Source of the DNA: an uncultured Gammaproteobacteria bacterium
GTDB taxonomy: Bacteria > Pseudomonadota > Gammaproteobacteria > Steroidobacterales > Steroidobacteraceae
Assembly (NCBI GenBank): GCA_963782865.1
Contig: CAWALS010000018.1
Coordinates: forward strand, 37,011 to 101,010
DNA: 64,000 nucleotides
Direction of reading: 5' to 3'
A program made the translations under genes and the position numbers. This document shows, piece after piece, positions 38,150 through 47,404 of the stretch (positions are counted from its first letter, which is position 1; the number at the start of each line of letters is the position of its first letter). The notes below the pieces were generated by a model, which saw nothing but the letters and a program-made list of their open reading frames with translations, had not been told where the DNA came from and ran no database searches.

Positions 38150-39065
38150 ATGTCGCCCGATAGCGCCTCCGCAGTACCCGCTCGCGCATCTCGCCGATCA
38201 GCTGCTTCAGGCCCATGGGAGTCGACGGCGTTTATGCACGCACCGCGCTGTATGTGGATCTGGTTGAACGGCTCGAAAAGTACATCACCCGGCAGCGCGA
38301 CCCGCAGGCGGAAATCATGCGCTTCCCGCCGGTGATGAGCCGAACGCAGCTGGAGAAATCCGGGTATCTCAAAGAGCTTCCCCAATTTGCTGGGTTGCGT
38401 ATGCGCCCTGCACGGCTCTGAAAGCCTCGATCCGCTCGGCGGTGGAACGCTACGACAACGGCGGCGATTGGACCACCTCGCTGAGCTCCTCGGATCTGGT
38501 GCTGTCGCCCGCCGCTTGCTATCCCGTGTATCCGATCGCCGCGGCGCGCGGCCAGCTGCCGCGCGGCGGGCTGCAGTTCGATATCGAGGCCGATGTGTTC
38601 CGGCATGAGCCATCGCTCAGCCTCGATCGGCTGCAATCGTTCCGTATGCGTGAATTCGTGAGAATCGGCTCGCCGGACGAAATCGTCGAGTTTCGCGAAA
38701 AATGGATGGCCAAGGCGCCGGTACTGGCCGCCGAGCTGGGATTGCCGCACAGCATCGACGTGGCGAACGATCCATTCTTCGGTCGCGTGGGCCAAGTGAT
38801 GGCGGTCAGTCAGCGCCAGCAGGCCCTGAAGTTCGAATTGTTGATTCCCTACTATCCGAGCGCATCGCCCACCGCGTGCATGAGCTTCAACTATCACCGC
38901 GAGCACTTCGGCCAGGTGTGGGGCATCCGTGACGACAACGGCGAGTTGGCTCATACCAGCTGCGTCGCGTTCGGCATCGATCGCCTGGCGGTGGCGTTGT
39001 TCGCCAATCACGGCCTGGATCTCAAAACCTGGCCGGCGGCGGCTCGGCAGGCGCTGGCTCTGTAG
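38150..39065 (+). pseudogene. amino acid--[acyl-carrier-protein] ligase (truncated seryl-tRNA-synthetase homologue), with about 4 frameshifts in the first third
   Basis: About 305 aa when the frames are joined. GVDGVYARTALY...RFPPVMSRTQLEKSGYLK, LSPAACYPVYP, class II motif-2-like DVFRHEPS..RLQSFRMREFV, NDPFFGR, KFELLIP, and motif-3-like CVAFGIDRLAVALF. No N-terminal tRNA-binding coiled coil. Confidence 0.8.
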
Positions 39066-39099
39066 GCGCCTGTCAGGCTCCTAAGCATTCCGCGCGCGG

Positions 39100-40031
39100 A
39101 TGCCACTCGACCCACGCGTCAAGCGCTTTTTGGATCTCCTCGCCGCGGGCAATCCGCCCGATGCGCGCAGCGCCACGGTCGAGGAACGCCGCAAGGGCCT
39201 CGTCGTCCTTGATGGAATTCGCCGGGCCGCCCCGCGCACTCGAACGAGTGGAGGATCGGACGCTGCCGGGCGCCGGACGGCGCGCTGCGCGTCAGGCTCT
39301 ATTCGCCCTCGAAGGCCGAGATGCTTCCCGGGCTCATCTATTTTCACGGCGGCGGCTTGGTTGCGGGCACCCTGGAAACCCACGACGGCATCGGCCGCGC
39401 GCTCAGCCTCTGCGGCGGCGTGCGCGTGGTGTCGGTGGACTATCGCTTGGCTCCCGAGCACCGCTTTCCCGCAGCGCTTGAGGACGCGAAAGCGGCGCTA
39501 GGCCATATCAGCGGGCACGCCGCGGATTTCGGAATCGACCCGAAGCGCCTCGGCATTTGCGGAGATTCCGCCGGCGCCACATTGGCCGCGGCGACTTGCC
39601 GGTGGGCGACTCAAACCGGCGGTTCACAACTCATCCTGCAGCTACTGCTCTGTCCGATACTCGACTACAGCCGAGTAACGGCGTCGAAGCGCGAATTATC
39701 GAGCGGCTATCTGGTCGACCAGGCCACCCTCGACCACGACTTGATGTACTACCTGCCGCCGGGCACGGCGCCGTCCAATCCGTTGGTATCGCCGCTGCGG
39801 GCGACGGACCTGTCCGGTATGCCGCGGACGCTGATACATACCGCAGAATTTGATCCATTGCGCGATGAGGGACGAAATTATTTCGAGCGCCTGACCCAAG
39901 CCGGCAATGAAGTGTCCTACACTTGCCATCCAGGTATGATTCATCTTTTCTATGGTTTGGGAGCCGTCATACCCTATGCGCGCACGGCATTCGAGCAGAT
40001 TGGCGCCGAGATTCGCGCAGCGCTGGCCTAG
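39100..40031 (+). pseudogene. alpha/beta hydrolase (HSL/esterase-lipase family), with two frameshifts near the 5' end
   Basis: MPLDPRVKRFLDLL..., then shifts near 39210 and 39262, then an intact 236-aa tail with HGGG (oxyanion hole), GDSAGA (nucleophile elbow) and DPLRDEG...HPGMIH. Confidence 0.8.
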
Positions 40032-40076
40032 GCAGCCTGGCAAAATACCCGGACCACGCCTTCAGGGAGATATAAC

Positions 40077-40460
40077 GTGTCCGAGCGCATCGTCGCGGAA
40101 CGAATAATTCAGCAGCTTCACGCGGCGCGCGTCGGGGGCGATCTCGCCGGCATGTGCCGCGTTTTTGCCGACGTGGGCCGGTACGAAATTCTCGGTGCAA
40201 GCGCCGATAAGCCGATTGCCATTCGCGCCCAGACTCTCGCGGAGTTTCGGCCCTGGCTCTCCATGATGGTCAAGGTGTTCCGGCTCAACAATTATCAGCT
40301 CTTGAGCCTGACGGTCGAAATGCCGCGCGCGGTCGCGCATTGGCGCGCCGATATTTTTTCCAAAGTCACGGGCGCGACGGTTCCCACCGAACTGGCCGAT
40401 GTGGTCGAGATCAAAGCCGAGCGAATCGCCACTTATTCTGAATTCTTCGCGCCGCGCTGA
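40077..40460 (+). CDS. SnoaL/NTF2-like small protein
   Basis: 127 aa with a GTG start after AGGGAGA. Its size and alternating pattern are typical of the NTF2 fold. No catalytic assignment is possible by eye. Confidence 0.6.
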   Translation: MSERIVAERIIQQLHAARVGGDLAGMCRVFADVGRYEILGASADKPIAIRAQTLAEFRPWLSMMVKVFRLNNYQLLSLTVEMPRAVAHWRADIFSKVTGATVPTELADVVEIKAERIATYSEFFAPR

Positions 40461-40475
40461 GCGCAGCGATTCAAG

Positions 40476-41099
40476 GTGTCCCAGGAACCGCAGTGGCTCA
40501 AGATCGCACGCGAGATACGGGCCATCGCTCAGACCGGACTCGCCTTTACCGCGGACGGATTTGACCGTCAGCGCTACCAACGGCTGCGCGAATTGGCGGC
40601 CCTGCTGCTGGCGCAAGGTTCAGCCGCCGCGCATGACTCCATCCTCGAACTGCTACGCCAGGAAAAAGGCTACGCGACGCCGAAGGTGGATGTTCGCGGC
40701 GCGGCCTTTGCAGACGGGCGCGTGTTGATGGTGCGCGAGATCAGCGACGGCCAGTGGACCCTGCCGGGCGGTTGGGCCGACGTCAATCAATCGGCGGGTG
40801 AATGCGTCGTGCGCGAGATTGCCGAGGAATCGGGGTTCAAGGCCCGCGCCCTGAAGCTCGCCGCGGTCTACGACTACCAAAAAAGAAATCCGCCCCGCCA
40901 CATCGACTCGATCTACAAAATGTTCTTCATCTGCGAGATCGTGGGTGGCGCGGCGTGCGCCAGCGACGAGACCAGCGAAGTGGCCTTCTTCGCGCGCCAT
41001 GAGCTGCCGCCGCTGTCGCTGGGCCGAACCACGGCGCAGCAGATCGACAGGATGTTCCAACATCGCGAACATATGGAGCTCGAGACGGACTTCGATTGA
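40476..41099 (+). CDS. NUDIX hydrolase with an N-terminal Nudix_N-type extension
   Basis: Nudix box GGWADVNQSAGECVVREIAEESGF, with an N-terminal WLKIAREIRAIAQTGLAF segment. Confidence 0.85.
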   Translation: MSQEPQWLKIAREIRAIAQTGLAFTADGFDRQRYQRLRELAALLLAQGSAAAHDSILELLRQEKGYATPKVDVRGAAFADGRVLMVREISDGQWTLPGGWADVNQSAGECVVREIAEESGFKARALKLAAVYDYQKRNPPRHIDSIYKMFFICEIVGGAACASDETSEVAFFARHELPPLSLGRTTAQQIDRMFQHREHMELETDFD

Positions 41100-41122
41100 G
41101 GCTATGCCGGCCTGCGTTTCGG

Positions 41123-42655
41123 CTACAGCGCGGCGGCGCGCATCTGCGCCGCGGTTCGAGCGTCGCCGATGCGTTCGGCCGCTTCCGCCCCGCCTAGCAA
41201 CGAGCCGCGCCTGCCGGGAGCCAGCGCCAACGCGGCGCGGAATTCCCGCAACGCTTGCTGCGGTTGATTTTGCTGCAGCAGCAGTTCGCCGAGTTGCTCG
41301 CGCGCCGGAACGATGGGCCCCGGCGTCACCGGCAACTTTTCAACCGCGTCTTCTTCATCCGCCGCTTGCCGCAGCAATCGCGCCGATTCCGCGGCGCCCG
41401 CCGTGGCCGCCGCCAGCCGCCACGCTTTCGCTTCCTTCTCGAGGACGTCCACCTGGGTCGCCCAGTACGCATTTCCGGCAGCCCGCAGCTGTTCCTTGCA
41501 CGACTCAAGTTGCGCAATGTCGCTGTCCGCGGCCTGCGGCCGGCCGCTGCGCGCGTTGGCCATCGCACGCGCCCAGAACACGATGGCGCCGATATGGGGC
41601 GCCGCGCCCGGCAGCGTCTGCAGATCGGCGGCGGCGCGCCACATATGACGCTCAATTGCGAGTCGAACCGGCATGGCCGTAGCGGCATAGCCGGCCTTGA
41701 AATCGCCGTCCACTGCCGCCGCCGCATCCGTGGCGCGTAAATTCGCGACTACCTGCTCAGCGTCGCTATTCCGCCCCCGCTGCAGATAGGCATAGGTCAG
41801 ATAATCCATCGCGTGCAGCTCTTCACCTCGATCGCCCTGATCGTGTGCGGCCGCTCGCGCCAATCTGTTGGATGCGATGGAATCGTCCCAAAGGCCGAGT
41901 CTGGTAAATATGTGCGAGGGCATATGCAGGGCATGGGGCGCGGAAGGCGCGATCTTCGAATAGGCGCGCGCCGCCGCAAGACCGCGCGGCGCGAGCTCCG
42001 CGCTGTCGTAGGCGTGAATCAAGTAATGCGCCGCACCCGGATGATCGGGTTGAGAGCGGTAAATCGGCTCCAGCAGCGCCGCTGCGCGCTTTTGATTGGC
42101 GTGGTTGGGGTCCTCGGGCGGCGCGATCGCGATCAGCGACAAGGCATAGAAGGCTTGCGCTTCGGGGTCGTGTGGATTGCCGCTCGCAACCTCGCCCATG
42201 GCGTCGCTATAGGCTTTGGCGCGCAACGGCGGCGGCTCATCGATGTCTCGATAGTAGGCGGCGGCTGCCGCAATGAACTGCCGCTCGCGCGGCGTTCCGC
42301 GACTCATTGCGAGCGCCTGCGCCTGTTCGATTTCGAGTTGACCGTCGCGCAGTTCCGTCCGGCTCGGTGAACTCCAGAGCGGGTGATAGTGCGACATGGC
42401 GATGCCCCAATGGGCCATGGCGCAGCCGGGATCCAGCGCAGCGACTTTTCGGAATGATTGTTCCGAGGCCGCATAGGCAAAGGAATGCAGCAGCGCGACG
42501 GATCGCTCGAAATCGCGCGCGACGCTCGCTGAGCAGGATGTCGGGAACGAGACCTTTCCCAACTTCTCCGGCGGCGGATGGGAATGGGATTCCTGCGACA
42601 GGACCGGGAGCGTCCATACCAGGCAAATTCCGGCCCAAGCCGTTATTTTTGTCAC
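41123..42655 (-). CDS. exported TPR-repeat protein of unknown function (510 aa)
   Basis: Signal peptide MTKITAWAGICLVWTLPVLSQ. Repeated A/L/Y-rich helical hairpins run throughout. Confidence 0.6.
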   Translation of the reverse strand: MTKITAWAGICLVWTLPVLSQESHSHPPPEKLGKVSFPTSCSASVARDFERSVALLHSFAYAASEQSFRKVAALDPGCAMAHWGIAMSHYHPLWSSPSRTELRDGQLEIEQAQALAMSRGTPRERQFIAAAAAYYRDIDEPPPLRAKAYSDAMGEVASGNPHDPEAQAFYALSLIAIAPPEDPNHANQKRAAALLEPIYRSQPDHPGAAHYLIHAYDSAELAPRGLAAARAYSKIAPSAPHALHMPSHIFTRLGLWDDSIASNRLARAAAHDQGDRGEELHAMDYLTYAYLQRGRNSDAEQVVANLRATDAAAAVDGDFKAGYAATAMPVRLAIERHMWRAAADLQTLPGAAPHIGAIVFWARAMANARSGRPQAADSDIAQLESCKEQLRAAGNAYWATQVDVLEKEAKAWRLAAATAGAAESARLLRQAADEEDAVEKLPVTPGPIVPAREQLGELLLQQNQPQQALREFRAALALAPGRRGSLLGGAEAAERIGDARTAAQMRAAAL

Positions 42656-42713
42656 GCGCCAACCCCTACAACTGATGGGATCGAGTCTGCGCGCAAGCGC
42701 GGCGGCCTCGCAA

Positions 42714-43409
42714 CTAGGCGTAGGTGGTCAGCGTTGGGTCAGGATGCGTGTCCAAATGCGGCAAGCCGTTGAAGCTGACCAGGTTATGCCGCCGCGGCGT
42801 CGCGGCGAACTCGGTGAGCGCGCTGTTGCGGATTCTCAGATTCAATTCGACGGCGGTCGCGGGCGGCGCGTTGAGCGCGGCTGCGACGATGGCCGCAATG
42901 GGGCCGCCGGAACTGACGATGAGCACATTGCCGTCGGGAAAACGCTGGCGCGCTTCAACCAGCGCCGCGACGGCACTGTCCTGAAATGCCTGCCAGGCAG
43001 GCATGCCCTCAGGCTGCGTGCGGGCCTCGGCCCACGCCAGCAAGGCTTCTCGCAGAACACGAAAGTGCTCGCGCACCACGAGCGGATCGCGCCGCGCCGC
43101 AGCCAATGCGGGCGCCGGGAAGGTTCCCGTCAGGGCCATCATGATGGCCTCGGGCTTGTACTCGTCGAGGCCGGGAAACGTTTCCTGCGGAGGCGAGGCG
43201 CCGAGCTCGACATGGCCATCGAAAATGCCCTGCGCCGTCTCGGTCTGACGCCGCAGCGTACCGGTGAATACCGCATCAAATCGAATCTGGCGCCGGCCGA
43301 AATAGCTGCCTAGAAGGCGTGCCTGCGTAAAACCCAAATCGGTGAGGCGGTCGTAATGATCGGTGCCAAAGGCCGCTTGCCCGTGGCGTACGAGATAAAT
43401 AGTTCCCAC
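42714..43409 (-). CDS. histidine phosphatase (phosphoglycerate mutase-like) family protein
   Basis: YLVRHGQAAFG (RHG motif) at the N-terminus, 231 aa. Confidence 0.85.
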   Translation of the reverse strand: MGTIYLVRHGQAAFGTDHYDRLTDLGFTQARLLGSYFGRRQIRFDAVFTGTLRRQTETAQGIFDGHVELGASPPQETFPGLDEYKPEAIMMALTGTFPAPALAAARRDPLVVREHFRVLREALLAWAEARTQPEGMPAWQAFQDSAVAALVEARQRFPDGNVLIVSSGGPIAAIVAAALNAPPATAVELNLRIRNSALTEFAATPRRHNLVSFNGLPHLDTHPDPTLTTYA

Positions 43410-43448
43410 GCGCTTGAACTTAAGAGGTGAGCGAGGCGATCGGCGTCA

Positions 43449-44774
43449 TCAAGATACTGTAGCATCCGCGGTATTCCGACTCCACGGCAAATCCAAGGCG
43501 ACGATCAGACCTCCGCCCTGGCGATTGGCCAACTGAATGCGGCCGCCATGCGCTTCAGCGATTTCGCGCGCGAGCGCCAAGCCCAATCCGGTGCCGCTGC
43601 GCTTGGTGGAATAAAAGGGCAACAGCGCCTGTGCCAGGACCGTCTGGCTCATTCCGGATCCTCTGTCGCGCACCTCGATGCGTTGATCCGCACCGGCACA
43701 GACAATGGCGAGTTCCACCTGCGCCGCCGCGCCGCCCGCTTCGTGTGCGTTCTTCAGCATATTGATCAGCGCCTGTTCCACTTGCACGCGATCGAACCAA
43801 CCCGGCAGCTCAGGCAGCGGTTCGATGCAGGTAAAAGGCTGCTGGCGCCGAAGGTCCGCGACGAACTGTTGCCATGTTACCGATTCGGGTCGGGGCGCGG
43901 GCAATTTGGCAAACGCGGCATAGCCGCTGACGAATTGGTGCAGGTGCTCGGCGCGTTCCGCAATCGCCGAAAAGACGGTCGGCAGCGCCGCGTAATCTGC
44001 GCGCCGCGCAATTTCGGCGCCGGAATGTGCGAGCGAGGACAGGGGGCCCAAGGAATTGTTGAGCTCATGGCTGAGTACCCGGATCAGCTTCTTCCAGGTC
44101 GAAACTTCCTGGCGCGAGAGTTCGCGCGTCAGGCGCTTGAGCAAGTACAGCCTGAAGGTGCGCCCCTGCAGGATAAAGGCGCGCTGCGACAGATGAAATG
44201 TCTCTTCGACCCCATCGATTTCGGTGGAAAACAGATTGTCGCCCTGCTCTGCCGCCGCCGCTTGCAATGCCGCCGGAGCCTGCGCGAGGGCGTCGTGGAA
44301 TCGCAGGCCCTGCAGGCTGCGCCCGCCGCTCAACAGGTGCCGCGACGCGATGTTCGCGTAGGCGACGCGATCGTTCGCGTCGACCAACACCAACGCAACC
44401 GGCGAATTCTGCATGACGGTGTCAAGCAGCAATTCTCGCTGCACCAGATGCGCGCGCTGCTCGCGCAGGGCCGCCGCCAGTTCATTGTGCGCCGTCATCA
44501 GTTCGCCGAGCTCATCGTCGCGATCGGCGACCAGCGACAAGCTGAAATCGCCCTCGCGGTAGCTGGCCACCGTGCCCGACAGCGCGCGCAGCATCTGCTG
44601 GATCGGCCGCATGATGCGCGATGACAGCCACAGCAGCGGCAGCAGCGATGCCGCAACGATCAATAGCCAACTGAACAGAGGATTGCCGAACCAGCGTGCC
44701 GCCCAGGCACTGACCGCCGCGGTGAGCGCGACAATGACGATCAAAAGCAGCGCGAGCTTGGTCTTGAGGCTCAA
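43449..44774 (-). CDS. sensor histidine kinase (TM-HAMP-PAS-like-HisKA-HATPase), partner of the NtrC-type regulator
   Basis: Two TM segments, a HAMP-like region, the H-box LSHELNNSLGP, an N-box LKNAHEA and G-boxes DRGSGM / GTGLGLALA. Lies 9 nt downstream of the regulator gene. Confidence 0.85.
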   Translation of the reverse strand: MSLKTKLALLLIVIVALTAAVSAWAARWFGNPLFSWLLIVAASLLPLLWLSSRIMRPIQQMLRALSGTVASYREGDFSLSLVADRDDELGELMTAHNELAAALREQRAHLVQRELLLDTVMQNSPVALVLVDANDRVAYANIASRHLLSGGRSLQGLRFHDALAQAPAALQAAAAEQGDNLFSTEIDGVEETFHLSQRAFILQGRTFRLYLLKRLTRELSRQEVSTWKKLIRVLSHELNNSLGPLSSLAHSGAEIARRADYAALPTVFSAIAERAEHLHQFVSGYAAFAKLPAPRPESVTWQQFVADLRRQQPFTCIEPLPELPGWFDRVQVEQALINMLKNAHEAGGAAAQVELAIVCAGADQRIEVRDRGSGMSQTVLAQALLPFYSTKRSGTGLGLALAREIAEAHGGRIQLANRQGGGLIVALDLPWSRNTADATVS

Positions 44775-44783
44775 GGGCGAGGC

Positions 44784-46130
44784 TCAGGCGCCGCTAGGCG
44801 GGCGCAGATTGAACCGCTCCATTCGGCGGTATAAAGCCTGACGCGACAGCCCCAGATTCTGTGCCGCCCGGCTGATGTTGCCGCCGGCCTCCCTTAAACT
44901 CGCCTCCAAGACTTCCTTGCTCAAATTCTCGCTTTCCCGCGGCGGAGCGCGAGCCGCGGCGGGCAGATTCAAATCAGCGGCCGCCACGATGCGCTCGCGC
45001 GCCAGCAGCTTGGCGCGCTCGATGGAATTGCGCAGCTCGCGCACATTGCCGGGCCAATCGTGAGCCTGCAGTGCCGCCGCAGCATCTTCGCTCAATTGCA
45101 TTCCCTCGCCGAGAAAATGCCGCGCCAGCGGCAGGATATCCGCCGGCCGGTCCGCCAGCGGCGGGACGGCGATGTCAATCACATTCAGCCGGTAATACAG
45201 GTCTTCGCGAAAACGCCCTTCGCGGATCAGCGCCGGCAAATCCGCATTCGTCGCACTCAGGATGCGAACTTGCGCGGTGCGCGTCTTGCTCGAGCCCAGC
45301 ATCTCGAATTGACCGGTCTCGAGCACGCGCAGCAGTTTGACTTGTCCGGCGAGCGGCAAATCGCCGATCTCGTCCAGGAACAAGGTGCCGCCATTCGCCG
45401 CCTCGAAGCGCCCGGTGCGCGCGCGCGTGGCGCCGGTATAGGCTCCCGCCTCGGCGCCGAACAATTCGGCCTCGATCAACTCGGCGGGAATGGCGCCGCA
45501 GTTGACCGCGACAAAGGGACCGGCGCGCAGCGCGGAGTTGGCGTGCACGATCTGCGCAATGCGCTCCTTACCCGCGCCGTTCGGGCCGCTGATGAGCACG
45601 CGGACATCGGCGCGCGCCACGCGGCAGGCCAGTTCGACCACCCGCTCCATCGCATCCGAGGCGAACACAATATCGCAAAGATCGTATTGCTCCGCCAAGC
45701 GCTCGCGCCGACGGCGCTGTTCCTCCTGCAGGCGCAGCCGCTCGCGCGTCGTCTCGGCCAGCTCCAGCAGATTCTCCACCGTCGCCAACAGCTTGTCATT
45801 GTCCCAGGGCTTGCCGATGTAATCCGCCGCGCCCGCCTTGACGAGCTGCACCGCGGCCTCCAGATGGGTCCATGCCGTGAGCAGCACCACCGGCAGATCG
45901 GGCTGCACCGCGCGCAGCGCACGAAACAGTGCCGCGCCCTCTTCACCCGAGGTTGTATCGGCGCTGAAGTTCATGTCGGCGATCACGAGATCAACGCGCT
46001 CCTGCGCCAGCGCGGCGAGCCCTTTCTGCGGGGTGAGAGCGGTCAGCGTGCGGATGTCATGCAAGCCGAACAACAGGATGAGCGCCTGGGCGACCGCCGG
46101 ATTGTCATCAATAACGAGTACCGTACGCAT
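44784..46130 (-). CDS. sigma-54-dependent response regulator (NtrC/AtoC family: REC, AAA+, Fis-type HTH)
   Basis: REC (VLVIDDNP...DLVIADMNF), Walker [15 protein letters not shown] (a GAFTGA variant), WPGNVREL and a C-terminal [20 protein letters not shown]. Confidence 0.9.
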   Translation of the reverse strand: MRTVLVIDDNPAVAQALILLFGLHDIRTLTALTPQKGLAALAQERVDLVIADMNFSADTTSGEEGAALFRALRAVQPDLPVVLLTAWTHLEAAVQLVKAGAADYIGKPWDNDKLLATVENLLELAETTRERLRLQEEQRRRRERLAEQYDLCDIVFASDAMERVVELACRVARADVRVLISGPNGAGKERIAQIVHANSALRAGPFVAVNCGAIPAELIEAELFGAEAGAYTGATRARTGRFEAANGGTLFLDEIGDLPLAGQVKLLRVLETGQFEMLGSSKTRTAQVRILSATNADLPALIREGRFREDLYYRLNVIDIAVPPLADRPADILPLARHFLGEGMQLSEDAAAALQAHDWPGNVRELRNSIERAKLLARERIVAAADLNLPAAARAPPRESENLSKEVLEASLREAGGNISRAAQNLGLSRQALYRRMERFNLRPPSGA

Positions 46131-46176
46131 GCGGACATGTTAACGGGTGCGGCGCGGAATCACACCCTGACAGCGG

Positions 46177-47394
46177 TTAACCGCCGCGAGTCGCCAAGGC
46201 GGGGGGAATGGCAGCCGCGCGCAACGCCGGCCACAGCACGGCGAATTGGCCCAGCAGCAGAATGATGACGGCGCCGATGATGGCGCGGCTGTTGTCCATG
46301 CGTACCATTTCAAAACTGCGCACCATCCATAAGTTCAGGGCGATGGCGAAGGCGATGCCGACCGCGGCACCCGCCGCGGCGATCATGAAATTCTCGGTTT
46401 GAAAATAACGCACGATGGCCTGCCGCGTGGCGCCCAAGGCGCGCCGAATGCCGATTTGCCGGCGCCGCTGCGCCACCCAATAGCTCGTCAGACCAATGAT
46501 CCCGAACGCCGTCACGATGAGCAGCGCCGCGCAGATGCAGGTCAGCAGCACGATGAGGCCGTGATCGCCGCGATACGCATCGGCGCGTACCTGCAGCATC
46601 GACTTGCCGTGCAGAATACGATTCTCATCCAGCGCATACAGTTTGCTCTCGGCCGCCTTCATGACCGCATCGAGCTGTCCTGGCTGCACGCGGACCATGT
46701 AGTTGTTGGTCTCGCCGATCAGATGATAGGGGGCGAGCACCGAAAACTCTTCGTACGGGACAAACATACCGGTGGCCGCCGTCATCGGGCCCTGCAGCCG
46801 GTCGACGATGCCGATGATCGGTGCGGGTTTATCGCTGTCGAAGATGATCATCTTGCCGAGCGCGTTCTCGTTCGGAAAAACCTTCTCAGCCAACATTTTG
46901 GTGACAATGAGGCCGCTGTACGGCGGATCGCCCGGCGGCCTCTTGGTCTCGATTTCGGTCGCGGTATAGTTGCGGCCGGCGATGAGCTTGAGACCCATGG
47001 TATTCAAAGCGTGTTCATCGCCCATGTAGTTCGCCGTGACCGCGGTTGGCGTCTTTTGATCGGGGGTCAAGGTGACGGTGTCGATCCAGCCGCCGCCTTG
47101 CATGGGATACATATTCGTGGTGAAGGCGTCGACTACTCCCGGCAGCCCACGCAGCGCGGTGACATCCGCTGAGTCGCGCGCCGCGCTGTCGCTCTGATGA
47201 TCGACGCTCTCGGACGTGATGATGAAGATATTTTTTTCATCGAGACCCGATGGACGGCTGCTCCATGCCGTACGCTGCTCGACCAGCGTGATGGCATTGG
47301 CCAGAAACGCCAGCGTCACCGCCATTTGCGTGGCGATGAGCAACGCGCCGAATTTATTGCGGCGCATCGCCGACAGTATGGGACGCAATTCCAT
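46177..47394 (-). CDS. FtsX/MacB-type ABC transporter permease (type 2, distal copy), intact
   Basis: 405 aa: an N-terminal TM, a large periplasmic domain and a C-terminal FtsX 3-TM bundle (RRRQIGIRRALGATRQAIVRYFQTENF). Confidence 0.85.
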   Translation of the reverse strand: MELRPILSAMRRNKFGALLIATQMAVTLAFLANAITLVEQRTAWSSRPSGLDEKNIFIITSESVDHQSDSAARDSADVTALRGLPGVVDAFTTNMYPMQGGGWIDTVTLTPDQKTPTAVTANYMGDEHALNTMGLKLIAGRNYTATEIETKRPPGDPPYSGLIVTKMLAEKVFPNENALGKMIIFDSDKPAPIIGIVDRLQGPMTAATGMFVPYEEFSVLAPYHLIGETNNYMVRVQPGQLDAVMKAAESKLYALDENRILHGKSMLQVRADAYRGDHGLIVLLTCICAALLIVTAFGIIGLTSYWVAQRRRQIGIRRALGATRQAIVRYFQTENFMIAAAGAAVGIAFAIALNLWMVRSFEMVRMDNSRAIIGAVIILLLGQFAVLWPALRAAAIPPALATRGG

Positions 47395-47404
47395 TTCAGT
47401 TCTC

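Noticed and set aside
31808-40031. Mobile genomic island or prophage remnant as the explanation for the degraded block
   Set aside because: No integrase, transposase, flanking direct repeats or adjacent tRNA gene are visible. Only its accessory-like gene content and the indel density set it apart.
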